NCBI GenBank assembly: GCA_977862235.1
Contig: OZ374557.1
Coordinates: 930,001 to 994,000, forward strand
Direction: 5' to 3'
DNA from: Dudresnaya verticillata
Lineage: Eukaryota
DNA length: 64,000 bases
Of this stretch, positions 23,288-36,274 are shown in pieces. The position numbers and the translations under genes were made by a program. Numbering within the stretch: the first letter of the stretch is position 1; each line of letters opens with the position of its first letter. The notes beneath the pieces were generated by a model. The model saw only the letters and a program-made list of their open reading frames with translations. It was not told the DNA's origin and ran no database searches.

Positions 23288-24239
23288 AGCGTCTGGAACA
23301 CTTCAAGAGGTGGCCGCACTAGAGGACGACATGGCTGGTGACTGACCGTTGCTGCGCACGGGGGTCGTGGCGGCAGAGAGGGCATCCCAGAGCAGAAGAC
23401 GGGTGCACGACGAGGTTGGCCGGAACCTCGGGAACACGCTGACATCAGTAGCAAACCAGGACGCAGATCTGAAAAGGCTAGAAACAAATATACATATCGG
23501 CCAAAAGATGTTGAGATGCGCGAAATAAAACGTCTATTTTCATAGGGTTTTGATTGCCAGCTCCGCGGGAGCTACAAAGCTCATCCTTTTGGTTGGAATG
23601 AAACACCTAAAAAGTAGATATTTTCTTGGATATAATCTCGTTTGCTTCATAGCTATTCAGGAAGCGGAATCGTGAAACCTGACAAAGTAGCGTTTCGATC
23701 TCGGCGGTGCCGAGGAGCTATTATGAATATATATTCGTCGATAGCTCCCAGACACGAGGAAAGAAATAGCTACTGCCTCCGGACGCACCCGCACGGCGTG
23801 CGAGAGCTCGACGGACATACTCCCCAAACCACTCCCTCGCCGATTTCGCTCTTCCCATTGCAGCCTGATCGCGCGGGCCCGCCTTGATGAGGCCTGGAAG
23901 CCGTCGGGCCGCTCCGTCGTCAACATCGCATTGGGCGCATGCGCGTATGCATACGGGCTGCCCACAATCAAGGACACGAAAGCTGTGGAAGTTGCGTATG
24001 CGCAATGCGCAGCGTGGCGGAGACCACCAGACTACGTTTCCTGGTATGACCACGTGGTCAGGCTATGGCTAGCCATTGTGTTTGGATTTCGGCTTGTGCC
24101 GGCAGGCGATGGAATTCAGTTTGGAGCGAGAGGAGAAAAGCCAAGTATTGGTAGTATGGCTGATACTGTTGCTGCCCTGGGCTGCATCAAGCCACGCGGT
24201 CGTCGTCCGCTGCTTCTTGCAGGGAAATGGCGTTAATTT

Positions 24240-24520
24240 CGGTATGTATCGGGCGTGCTTTCGAGGCGTCGCAGATTGTCGTTGTATGCCTTTCTGGCTG
24301 CGACTGCTCATGAAGGGATTGGAAGCACACGGGCTCAGGTGCGTCCTGGATCAACAGGAACGTCGCGATTCAACAATGACAGGCTCCGATCAGCTCTTCG
24401 TCGCGATGTATGGGAGCAAAGCCGCGGATCACGCGTGATATTCATTCCGTCACTCGATTTCGTTGCACGAAAGTGGCCCATGATGGAACTTCGGCAATTC
24501 CTGAAGATGCAGGAAGAAGC
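24240..24520 (+). pseudogene. TIR-domain gene remnant, interrupted by an LTR-like insert
   Basis: FRGVADCR..LMKGLEAHGLRCVLDQQE..SDQLFVAMYGSK, then (frameshift) VIFIPSLDFVARKWPMMELRQFL, which matches TIR betaB-alphaC including the WxxxEL motif. Confidence 0.7.
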
Positions 24521-24559
24521 ATTAGAAACTTTCCTACACGGGACGAGAGCGACACTACC

Positions 24560-24942
24560 TCCACGGGGTGGTAGAGAAGTTCGCACCGAGACGGGAGAAC
24601 AGTGAGCGGCTAACCGAAACGGATATTGGGAAGCAACAGACATGGGGTGGTACAAGTGCCGGGACGGACTCCGTAACGGTGTTGGTGGTAGACCGCAACG
24701 GGCTCGGCGCGGGGAAACCGTAAAGGAAAGAGCTACAGTGGGATTGAGGCTCAAGGGTTGCTTGCCCGTTTACCTTAGGAGCCGCTGCGGTGCCGCCCTA
24801 ATATACAAGTCAGGGTGGCACCGAGCGGTCCGGTCCGTGTGGGCCAGACCCTAGTGGTCTGGACCCATGGTGGAATCGGCCCTGCTGGTGCCAATCTCCG
24901 ACACGGACATGCGCAGCATTCTCATAGGCTGGCTGCTCTACA
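24560..24942 (+). repeat. Solo-LTR-like repeat, diverged inverted relative of 10627-11010
   Basis: Several shared blocks with the reverse complement of 10627-11010; ends in TACA at 24942. Left edge uncertain. Confidence 0.6.
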
Positions 24943-25245
24943 CACTGTACAGATACTCACTAAAAATAAAGAATAAATACTGCAAATACTCCAGTATGGT
25001 TGGTGCGCTACACTGCTGTACAGCAATGCGTACCAGCGTAAAAACAATGCGCACAACACCGACGCGGATACATGTTCACACGTCTCACAACAGTAGAGAC
25101 CACACCATATGCATTTCCACCATCTTGGATGCCGAATCGCACTTCACCACAGCCGCATCAGTCATCCTAGGTTATGCGTGCCGGCAAAGCGGTCCCGCCA
25201 CGTCGCGCTACGCTTCGAGAAGACGACCCCGCACCCTCGCGGAGC

Positions 25246-26275
25246 TCATGATGCGCGCGAGAACGCGGCCCATCCAGCGGCGCGGGATAGCGGCAGTACG
25301 GCGGGGTGTTTCCAATCAATGGGACCATCAACTTGCAGTAATCTGCGGAGCTCGTCGTCTTCGCTTTGACCACCGACGACGGTGCGGACGTCCACCTCAT
25401 TTAGGATCAACGTCATCAGTGGGGTTAAGAACCACAATCATAGGGATTCATATGTCTCCCACGGCCAATGTATGGCGATATTTGCGATGAATTCGGTGCA
25501 GGCCGCCGTCCACAACCCCGTGTTCGGGTCGCATAAACATTCAATAAGGCAGTACCCGAACACGTTGGGTAGTTCTACGAGGAAGCCCTTGCAGATCTCA
25601 ACCAGCGCCCAGTTGAGGGGTATTCCGATGTAGTACCGAAGGCGATACGTCATTCTGAAGAGGGAAACCTCGACATGTGGATACGAGAAAGGATCCCGAG
25701 GCGTGACCGCTCGTGGCGTTCAAAGCGGATTTTCACCTAGAAGGTGCTACCGAGTTTGCCTAGATACCGGAACTCATTCAGTAGCTGCACGTTTGGTCCT
25801 TTTCTTTTCTGCGCGCGCGACCGCCGTTACACCACGCGGCGCGCCTTCGGCTTATCATACCAACACTCAGTGCTGCCCCGCGCCGAGGGCGCGGGGTCTA
25901 GCCGCGCGCAGCGCCGCCCCCACTGGAGCCGGTGTGAGTAGCGGCGCGTAGCGGCGCCCCCGCAGAAGATGGTGCGACTTGTTAACCTTATACTAAGAAT
26001 TTATGTGGGTATCACAGTGTCTAGGGTAGTTGCTCGTGGTGGAACGGTAAGGGTTCTCCGAAAAGAGGTCCGCCATTCAGGCCAAATCGGCCGAGTGCAC
26101 GACGATGAAAGATCATACGTACAAACGCTCCACACGTGTCCCATAGCGTATACGTGTAGTACACATCGCCATTCTGGAAGAGTCTGGAAGAACAGATTTT
26201 GCCCTGGAATCGATCTAGATGCGTGAATCTGGATGGGCGCGACACCGAATCAACGAAAAAGGGCTCTGGTCGCAA
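25246..26275 (-). pseudogene. Decayed homologue of the chromovirus antisense ORF at 55282-56382, split by a Helitron end
   Basis: SRFTHLDRFQGK vs SRFATEAQLRGK; FERHERSRLGI..YPHVEV vs WERRERNRYGV..YQWVEV; ELPNVFGY..DPNTGLWTAACTEFIANIAIHWPW vs EAPPVLTY..DPRDKLWVLFLAEWVAITAKRWIW; VVGG..LRRLL..IDW vs VLGG..LPRLI..VNW. Confidence 0.8.
25790..25981 (+). mobile_element. Helitron 3'-terminal fragment
   Basis: Reverse-complement match to 32760-32915; ends ggtgcgaCTTG|T. No matching 5' end found. Confidence 0.75.
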
Positions 26276-26926
26276 AACGAACTAATTGCGGCCACGCAAA
26301 GAACAAGCAATGGAACATATAACCATTAGCAACATTAATCAACGGCGAAGTACTCTATTTAATTCTGCAGGGCTACTACAATGGCCCGAAGCCAGGATTC
26401 GAGGGAGATATTAAGGCCTCGGAGTACAACCACGGCCACTAGCTACAGAATAGTCCCAGATTTAGCGTTGGGGGCCGCTTTTGGGCCTGCTTAGAGGCCC
26501 CAACGCCACGACTCGGCCAGAAGAGGTACGAAGCCGTCCCGCCAGAGGTTGGGAGTGAAGTTAGCAACCGCAACCCCAACTTGGCCATTTTCTGTTCTCA
26601 TCACATATTTGGCCACGACTTCATCCGCTCGCCTCCCGTTCTACCACCGTTGCTGCCAGAGCGTGGGTCGGTTCTATGTTCGGCCGGTTTTCTACGAAAT
26701 CCACTCGGTCTTCCTGATGCTTTGGGGTCTCGTCTGGTTGCCGCAATCGGTGGTGCTTTTCGAGATACTACACTGGTCTCCCTACCGAGAGGACCAGCTG
26801 TGATTTCAGCCGTATTTCTCCGTTAGAAGACTCGAGTAGCTGGCCGTATTCGACGACGGCCAGTATCTTCCTCCCTGCTGTCGTGGCCCAATCCTGCAAG
26901 TTGCAGATTATGGGTTATTAACTACC

Positions 26927-29900
26927 TGGTTTCGCAATCTGATTGTCACTATACCTAAACCCCGTTCTGCGGCCACAGTCTAGGTCACAGTCCAGACACC
27001 CGTCGCTTGGTTCGTTCCCAGGTCGGCTGCTTTGCACAATTGCTGGTTCGTTCCCAGCACAGGGCGCTTTGCACATGGCAGTTTCCGACCCTTGGTGTAG
27101 GGACTAGTAACCTGGAATCGTCCGTTCCCACCCCTGTGCTTTGTACACACTGTTACAGTGTGGTTCCCAGGCAGGCCACTTTGCACACGTCAGCCACGGG
27201 GTGTCCACGAATCGCCAGAAATGTATGGTTAATCAGTCTCTGAAGTACGCCTTCATTTCTACACCTTCTTCACCGGACGGTGGATAGCCGCAGTCCTTAC
27301 AAGACTCAGCTTCGCCTTCCTCTACTATGGGCGCTCCTATAAGGCCATCACCAGGTCCTGGCGCATGTCCACCGTTTTCGGTACCACCCCCACCCCCTCC
27401 GGTTCCGTTAACGGCCAGCCAAGGTATAGCTCCAACATTTCGCTGCGCAGAGTCAGCTTCTACATCAGGTGTTGTCCGTAATGAGGTACCTCCAAGGGCA
27501 GCTCCACCACCTCCCCGTTTCGCAAGACACTGGAGGCCACTGCGCTACAGATGACTCCGCTGGCCGCTTGTGTTAATCTGCGTAACCTCCGGTTGACGAT
27601 GACTCCCAGCCAGAATACAACGTTTGGCTGGGCCGGCCGGAGTTGTACCAGTACAAGCAACGAACGGCCGAGTGGCAACGAGAGGTGAAGAACCAGGTTG
27701 GCGAGATGGAAGCCAAGATGTCCAACCCGGCTCTGATTAGATACAACAGCTACGCCCGGAGAGACACTCCGTCATTCTTGACGGAGAACTTGCAGCCATA
27801 TCCGGAGGATATGATGAGCGTCTGGAAATAGTTGAGACGGTCGGTTTTTCTTCCGACGGGAATAGAAAACTCCCTGCTCCTCCTCTGGGCCAGACAAGGG
27901 CGCGTCCGCTCGGATGAAACCGGTCAATCAACCCGTCTTGGCGCCACAGGTTGGTGAACCGCTAACGACAGTGCAGAAACAACTGGACTAATTTCAAGAT
28001 GAGATTGCTGCCCTGTCGCATCCTGACAAGGCGCGGCCAATTGTTTCTGTGGAAGGCGTACCACTGCAAGAGGGCAACACTCAGAACACTGGTGCCACCC
28101 CACGGCCTACGTTAATCGGAACTTCGAGCCCGAGTGCCGCAGGAGGATATTTCACAGGATATGCTGGCCATTTGGATGAAACAAGTCCTCCTGTCGCGGT
28201 GAAGGGGCCAGGTGAATCGGGTCTCGAATCTCTCAAGATCATCCCGGAACCATTCCGGCGAGTGGTGGATTACCGGACTCACAGTCTTCTGGATACTCGG
28301 TCAACCATGACTACGGCGGATGCGTGGCGTCTGTCCCGGATGAATCGCCAAATCCGGAACTTGTTCGCGCAGATGAATCCATTTGATGGCCGACGCCCGA
28401 TAGAGCTTCTTTCTTTCCTGAAGGAGTTCAAAGATGCCTGTGATGGGACGAATGTCCATGAAGGTGCTTCCTTGCGTGTTCTTGCCTTCTTTTCGGCCGG
28501 TGAAGCGAAGTGGTTCTATTCTGGCCGTATGTCCCGTGTAATAGGACCAATGCACTCTATCTTTCCGATGATTGGGTTTTCACAAACCAGTTGGCGACAG
28601 TTAGTCCTTGCTTTCATCAAGCGCTACTGCGGCGAAGATGTTCTGGCTGCTGCGTTCGACAAAGTGGCCCGAAGCAAACAGAAAGATGCAGAGACAAAAT
28701 CGGAATTCGCTGACCGGTTAGGGGACGCGACCTTATCGTGCGCCGATATTTTCTCAGAGAACACCGTGATCAACCATTATACGAGGGTGTTTACCTTCAA
28801 CCCCTTTTTCGGCCGTGACTCAGAAGGTCATGCAGATGCGGCCGGAGGATAAGGACTTCTCGACGGTGCACCGTATAGCCATCGCCAAGGGGGAGACACA
28901 CAGGACCTACTTGGCTTCTGCTCATCCCAAGACACAGTCGGGCTGTTCTCGAAGTGCGTTGGTCATCCCTACCCTTGCAGCCGAGCCTGCTTGGCAGGCG
29001 GAGCCCCAGGATGTAGCAGCCAACTATGATGACGCGTTTGACAGCATTCTGGTTATGGCCATTACTCCTGGTCAAAATGGTACTCAGCAGCCACCGACAA
29101 TGCCACCGACCACACCGCCACCAGCAGGGTCGGTGGCCGGTGGTAATACCCCGGACCCACTCTGGAAACCTACGATGTTAATGTCGGATGAACTGGGCAA
29201 AGTCGCTATTATGCTGCGTAGTGATAAGACCGGTTCCCGTTGATGGGGTTGTTGTGAATGGGGCCATGATTTATACATTTGTGTGTACTCGCCACTGCCC
29301 ATTACAAACGTGTTTGCCATACGTAAATTCTGCTTCCGAGATAAGTACGCTAGATGGCACTCCGAACAGTTTGCTGGCCGAGGTCGAGGCTACCGCTCCG
29401 ATCAAAGTAATGTTCCCTTTGGGGATGGAAGGGGACGTCCTCCCCCTCAGGGAATGCTCCGACTGCCATAACAATAAACTTGAAACCGAGGGAATCGGCA
29501 GGCCACGGAATTCACTACTCAAGAGAATCCAATGGATGAACTGACGACCGATGTGGAGTCCAATAACACTTCTTCAGCATCGGGAAACTAGCCGGGCCGA
29601 GATATTCGTTCTTTTTACCGTTGGCCGTACAAGTTCCAAAACCGGCTCGTTTCGTGTCAATTAAGTTGTTCCCTTTCAGCCATTGTGATTTGTCTTCTTT
29701 GTTAGGCATTGCATGGCGTTTGGAAGCGTCCATCCAGATTTGGTCAACCCATGATTTCACCTACCACTGCCCACTTTCACCTCACGGTCTTTTACGGTCA
29801 CTGCCTTGGCATTTTAGCAACGCTATGTCATCATCACCCACGTCCACACCAAAGGATAGGGGTTCTTTGCGAACGAGCGGTCGCAAACCATCGAACGAAG

Positions 29901-32900
29901 ACAAGAAAGCAGATTCCCAACTGGCCAATGTTTCATCACAAGGTATGGTCTACATCATGGGAGGGGCTAACTATACGCTCTCGGGTTCATTTGGTCTCAC
30001 CATTTCCGCCTTGATGACCCGACCAGTTGTCCTTGACACTTGCTCCGGCTGGAATATTGTCCGTTTGGATGCGTTGCCTCTCAATTGGAAGAAGAAAGCA
30101 CTTGCATTGAGGTCCCACTACTATTGGGCGACTCCAACCAACGGCCGATTCATTTTCGAGGGGCCGTTTCCTAGGTTGTCCGATTAGGCCGTCATTCATA
30201 CCTGGTGCCCCTGTACGCTTGACAAAAGGCCTTATCATACGGCAGATCAACAGGCCACAGTATCTGTTTGCAGTGACGGCCGAGGGTTATGCTTGTTAGA
30301 GCCCAAGCATTCTTTGAGCTTCCGACACTATACGCGAATGGCCAATGGAGTTGCAGAAGTTCGGGCTCAGAGGCCATTTCAGGTTATGTTGGCCAACTAG
30401 TGACGAAAGTATTTCTTAATGCCAAAGGATACCGTGGGGGGCTATGCCGTCCGCCACCCTATGGCAATCCCGACGGCAGACCGACAGAGCGTGAAGAATA
30501 TGGCCAATGTACTTGGACTTACTCCCCTGGCAGGCCGGGATAGTAATCAGGTCCAAGTAGAAGACGGTGGACAAGAAACGGATCAATCTCTAGAACCGAA
30601 GTTACCATGAAGAGAGGAATAATAATGACGGGATACGATGAAGCTTGACCATATCCCGGACAAGAAGCAAAACGAAAAGGTAATGGCCATTCTGGAGAAA
30701 CAAAGTGGAATGTGGGACGGTTCCTTGGGCCAGATCACGGCCACCGAACACCGAATAGACTTGGAAGCTGAAACACGGCCATTAAGAGCGATTACCTACC
30801 GAAAACGGACAGGGTTACGTGGACTTGCATAGGCCGAGATTAAGAAACAGTTGGAGGCGGGAGTGATAGCCCCAGCGCAAGGATAACGGCCCTGGCATAT
30901 TTTCATGGTACCGAAAAAGGATAGTACTCTTCGGTTCTGTGTGGACTACCGTCGACTGAATGCGAAGAAGGTTGGCGACGCTTCTCCACTCCGGCGCATG
31001 GAAGGCTGTATAGACTCCCTTAGAGATGAGGCCGTCTTTTCCACCTTGGAATGTATGTAACTCCGGTTCCTGGAAAATATCTGTGGCCGAAGAAAATAAG
31101 GATATGAGGGCCTTCACGTCACACTTGGGAACATTCCGGTACAATCGAATTTCTTTTGGAATGAAGAATACACCGGCTACGTTCAAGCGCGCGCTTGACA
31201 TAGTGCTTTGCGGGGTTCGATTGCAAATATGTGTCATTTACCTCGATGACGTCATCGTGTTCTCCAAGAATGTGGAAGAACGCTTGGGCCATCTAGACGA
31301 GGTACTCACCTTGTTGTACGCGGACGGTATTACGCTGAAGTTGAAGAAGTGTTCCTTCTTCCAGGCCAAAGTGGATTACTTGGGTCATGTAGTGACCCCG
31401 GGAAAGCTAAATATGGCCACGCAAGGGACGAAGGCCATTAAAGAAGCCGAATTCCCAGGGACACTGACGGAACTCCGTTCTTTCCTGGGTGCCTGTAATG
31501 TCTACCGGACGTTTGTGGGCAAAACGTCTACCACTGCCCGTCCACTCACGCGAATGTTGTGTAATGACGCGGAGCCGGACTTCGAGCAGCCAACAGAGGA
31601 ACAGCTCCACAGCTTTGAGAAGCTGAAAGCTTCCTTGGTCTCGCCACGGATCTTGGCATTACTGAGATATGGGCGGGCATATGCCATTGAAACCGATGCC
31701 AGCGCGTACCAAATAGGGCGTGTCTTGCTCCAAGAACAAGAGGAAGAGACTTACCATCCCGTAGGTTAATGTTCTTGTGCTCTGATTTCGGCAGAACGAA
31801 ATTATTCAGCCAAGGAATGCGAAGGTTTGTCTGCCGTGTCGGCCATTACATCTCTAGGGCCATATGTGGACGAGACTAAGTTCACAGTCCGTACAGACCA
31901 CGATGCCCTTCGCTGGTGGATGTCTTTCATCGATACTTCTGCTCTTTTTACGAGGTGGGGATTTCGTCTGGCCGAGTTTGATTTTTTAATCGAATATAAG
32001 GCCGGGCACAAGAACCAAGTGTCCAGTGCCCTATCTCGACTGGTGGCCCTTCAGGAAAGCGGAGATGTACGACCAATAGATGATACCGTGCCCGTATTGG
32101 ACGGGTCCCCTTCTATTCTCATTCTCACTACTACGCGGGGAAGGAAAAATCGAGAAGCAACTGTTGTGGTCGACAGGAGAGAACGAGAAGACGACATTAA
32201 TGCGTGGCAAGAGGGACATTTTACGGCCGATTGTACGGAATACAGTCGCAATGGGCTCTTTAGCCGTGCTCACGCAGAAGGGATGGCACCAGAAACTCTC
32301 CCATGCCCTGTAACGCAGACCGAAATTATGGAAGGCCAGAAAAGCGATGACTTCTGTCAGACGATCATAGCCTCACGCGCAGGCCTGGAATAGTCCAAGA
32401 AACCTCTCTTCTTTGATGGGACCGATGGGGTTCTCTCCATACGATGTCCTACAGATGGCAGGAAGCAAGTATTGCTCCCCGCTTCGTTACATGGCCGGAT
32501 TCTTCGGTTGTGTCGCCATGTCGTTCTTGCGTCACCCTGGCCAGAATCGCATGTATCAGAATCTTCGACCGACATACTAGTGGACCCACATAGCCGGGAA
32601 TCGCGACGATTCCCAACTGTGGCCATTGCGCCGAGAAGCGGATACGCCGTCTTCGACATACATCGAAGTTGCAGCTCTTCCCTGCTACGCAACCCTTAGA
32701 GAATGTGGCCATGGATCTTCGTGGCCCTATTCCAAAGACAAAGAAAGGTTACAAGCATACAAGTCGCACCGCCTTCGGCGGGGGCGGCGCTGCGCACCGC
32801 TAGACCCCGCGCCTTCGGCGCGGGACGGCACTGAGTGCTGGTATGATAATCCCCGCGCCGAAGACAGGCGCGGGGTGTAACGCCGGTCGCGCGCACACAA

Positions 32901-32984
32901 AAGTAAAGGACCAAATTAAGAAATCAGGCGCACAGCAAAGGTGTCGGCTGTAAGGAGCACCATCCCGCCAATCAATGGTGAGCT

Positions 32985-33017
<33 letters not shown>

Positions 33018-34930
33018 ATTTTTTTCATTGGCGCTGCGGCCGTGTATTTTAGATATAATTTCGGATGCGTAAGAAACTATTATGGCGCCAAGTGGATTTG
33101 TTGGCGCATCGAGATACAATTTGTTTTATTTTTCGAGACTTGGGCGGGCTAATACTACCCTTTGGGCGGTCATACCCCTACAAATTCTTACTATAAGGTA
33201 AACAAGGGCAACGACGAGGCGCTGCGCGCCGCTATGCACCGCGCAAGGGCAACGACGCGGCGCTGCGCGCCGCTATGCGCCGTGCAGCCGCGCCGAAGGC
33301 GCGACTGACTCCTGTACCCTCTGTGGCACGATGGGATACTGTGGGATACCAGGGTGGGTTTGGGTCGCTGGATAACGACAGGTGTCTTACGATTTTTTGT
33401 AATGATATTTGTTTCCAAGCCGTGAGACAGGTGCGGTTTTAAACACATAAATTAACAATGGAGGCGCACGGCGGGACTGTAAGATCGTATCACTGTAGCG
33501 CGGCGGCGGGTCTATCAATTTACTGTCAGAAAATCGGAGCGCACCAATGCGCGCGCGTTTATTTGGTACCGCGGCAAAATGCAGCCAATCGGGTGGCGCG
33601 GCCTGGCGGTCAGCCAATGGGGTTGCAGCTTTGCTGCTGCTGCTGCTGCTGATGCTGCTGCTGCTGATGCTGCTGATGCTGCTGATGCTGCTGCTGCTGC
33701 TGCTGCTGAAGTTTTCTATTGGGCGTAAAGCCCAGTAATAGTAATATTTTTAGGCGTGCGTAGAAATCGGATTGGCGGCAAGGGATGGTAATGGCGGGCG
33801 GATGTTTATTTCTACAAATGTTTTACGTGTACGAAGCCCTCGAGGGGCCTCGTACACTGACAAATCATTACTATGGGGAGAATATTGGTTATGCCGCTTC
33901 TCAAAGCTACCACAAGTGCACTGACGACAATATCCGCCTATAATGTGACCACAGCGTTATGGGGCGCCAAAAACAGTCCTGACTGACAAAGAAGGACAGT
34001 TTGCGGCCACTGGTTTCAAGCCACCAGTTGCAGATGGCCAACATGTTTACGACGACATATCACCCGCAGACAAATGGCCAAGTCGAAAGGTATCACCGAA
34101 CGGTGGTCACGATGTTGAAACGTTATGTGAGCAAACACCAAGACGATTAGGACCAGTTCGAAGCGGCGTTGACATATGCGTATAACTGCCATGTACACCG
34201 CTCCACTGGTACCACGCCTTTTGACCTCGTTCTGAGTCGGCCACCGGGCCCGTTCTCCCTCGAGACCACGCGGAATAGACCAAAGGCAACCGGGACAGTG
34301 GAGGAGGCCTTCTTAGGCCTCTTGTCAGAGGCCGCGGATAAAGCGTCTGCCAGTTTAACACGCAACAAAACTCGCAATGAGAAGAACTTTGATCGCTCGG
34401 TGCGAACGGGACACAAGATGTTGGCCGCTGAGGGATTTTTTCTTGGACAATCCAGAAAAGAATCCAAAGAAGCTGGAACACATTCCCAGGGACCTTACAA
34501 ATTTGTAAGCAATGATGGGCGCACGTTCGTTATTGCTCCAGATGGTCAGCTAGAGCGGATCAGTTCCGACCGAGTGGTATCAATGCCTACGCCACCAGGG
34601 CAACCAGAGACAACGGAAACTCTGGCCAGTGCCGCTTTAGGAAACCTCCCCGAAGGAGTGGCCGGAACAGCCGAAGAGTATGTCATAGAGAAACTCACAG
34701 ATATGCGTCAGGATTCTACTGGACAACGATGGTTCCAAGTTAAATCGTATGGATACAATAGCCGAGCATGGGACTCAGAGACGCTTTTGTCTTCCACTTT
34801 GGGTTCCCGGTTCTTTGCGTGTATGGCACGCCGGGCTGCACCAAACCAAGGGGCAGTTCGAGGTGAACGCGACATGGCCGACATAAGGTGCGCAATCGTA
34901 ATTGCGGTTTGCCCAAAACAAGTTGCACGA
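26927..34930 (+). mobile_element. Degenerate chromovirus internal region (gag-pol with chromodomain)
   Basis: Decayed PBS tggtttcgcaatct (26927); gag FRRVVDYR..PFDGRRPIELLSFL; GGGAAAC-TAG at 29582; protease LDTCSG; RT YLDDVIVFS; RNase H ETDAS, RTDHDALRW; integrase MDLRGP; chromodomain EEYVIEKL near 34675. Confidence 0.88.
32760..33882 (-). mobile_element. Non-autonomous Helitron (1123 bp) inserted in a Gypsy integrase gene
   Basis: Removing it restores aag cat a|ta ttg gtt atg (KHILVM), so it inserted between A and T with no TSD. Ends TTCTCCCC...CTTG; 3' hairpin ccgcc-ttc-ggcgg. About 32980-33882 is homologous to 9787-10609; contains CTG microsatellites. Confidence 0.9.
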
Positions 34931-35581
34931 TGACGGGGTTAGGTGAGGGACCGGACGCGGGGAAGAGTGGTAGGTCACAAAACATTCTTGGGCTGAACAT
35001 TGCGACCAAAAATACGACGGCGTGGGTTTACGGTTGGGTCGTCATGGAAGAAAGAAACAAGGTCAGTGAATCTCCAGAGACGAGCCCATTTCATTGGTTG
35101 TAAAATGGATGTCCAAACTGGCCTTCCTGTTGCCTCCTGTGATGCCACTTCGCAGAACACACTAATTCTCCCCTACTGCAAGAGTGACGTACGGCACAGA
35201 GCTCTCTCACCCGGCGCCCAAACCAAAATGGCCAACTCACAAGACAGTGACATTGGCCATCTCACGCTTCCCATTGTAGACAGTTGCGAAAGGAGACAAT
35301 TGGATAGGCAAACCATCTGAGGAGTACCGAGCCCCTAAGAAGACATTCCAAGCATCGAGAAATGGCCAATAACCAAACGAGATCCAACCGACGTTCGTGA
35401 GTGAGCATCAAAGAGTCACGGCCATGGCAGAAATCATCAAACATAGCGCTTCCTCGCAACAGCCTAACCAAAATTTCCAGGAATTACATGTGACCATTTT
35501 TTAAAACCCCAGCCTTCATGCCACCTTGTCGAACATTGAAGATGGGTTATGGCCCCACTATCGGGGCCATATGGGGGAGGG

Positions 35582-36274
35582 TGTTTAAAAATGGGGGTAT
35601 GCCCCGAGGGAGCGAGATTGGATGACGTCGCCGGCGCATTCGGCTGGATTTCGGAGACGTCCTCGTCGGCCGTGACGGCGTGATGCTCCAAAAACGGCAC
35701 GGGGCTCATGGTAGTGAAGCGAACAGCTATGAGTGGGGCGATGTACAATACCGGGGGAAGACCGTGGTGAAAGTCGACGAGAATTACAGCCACACCGCCG
35801 GTATACAGAAAGTCAAGACGCGAAGAGAGATTGCCCCGACGATGGCGCGTAAACACACCCATATGCACAAACTGAATTGGCACTCGGTGACAGCACCGCT
35901 CGCAACTCGGGCTTACGTACCCCGTTCCACCGCCAGTATTCAGCACCGTTCACCGGCGTAACCGCCCTCGTTATGTTACGTGCTTCTCGCGCACTACAAC
36001 GAATATCGGGGTTTTGCTGTCACCCTGTCCCCGCGTTGGGCTCTCGAGGCCCACGTCGTTCTACCACACGTGGCACTGATTCACCGTCGTTGGCTGCTAC
36101 CATACGCGGAAGACCGATCCGAACATCGGTCAGGGCAACCCCTGTTTTTGGGTGTTGCACCACATACAGTGACCGCTCCGGGAGATAACCTTATATGGTA
36201 CTCCGAGGGTCATGTAGAATCACTCATACTGGGGTATGTACAAACCCCCTATCCTAAGCTACATTTTTAAAATA
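35582..36274 (+). repeat. LTR-like segment
   Basis: Follows polypurine gggggaggg; begins tgtttaaaaatg and ends catttttaaaata (terminal inverted repeat). No matching 5' LTR seen in the window. Confidence 0.5.

Noticed and set aside
32916..33738. Poly-Gln, poly-Leu and poly-Cys ORFs
   Set aside because: Translations of CTG/CAG microsatellites inside a non-autonomous Helitron.
26400..36274. 26.4-26.9 kb and 35582-36274 as an LTR pair
   Set aside because: No sequence similarity between them that I could detect.
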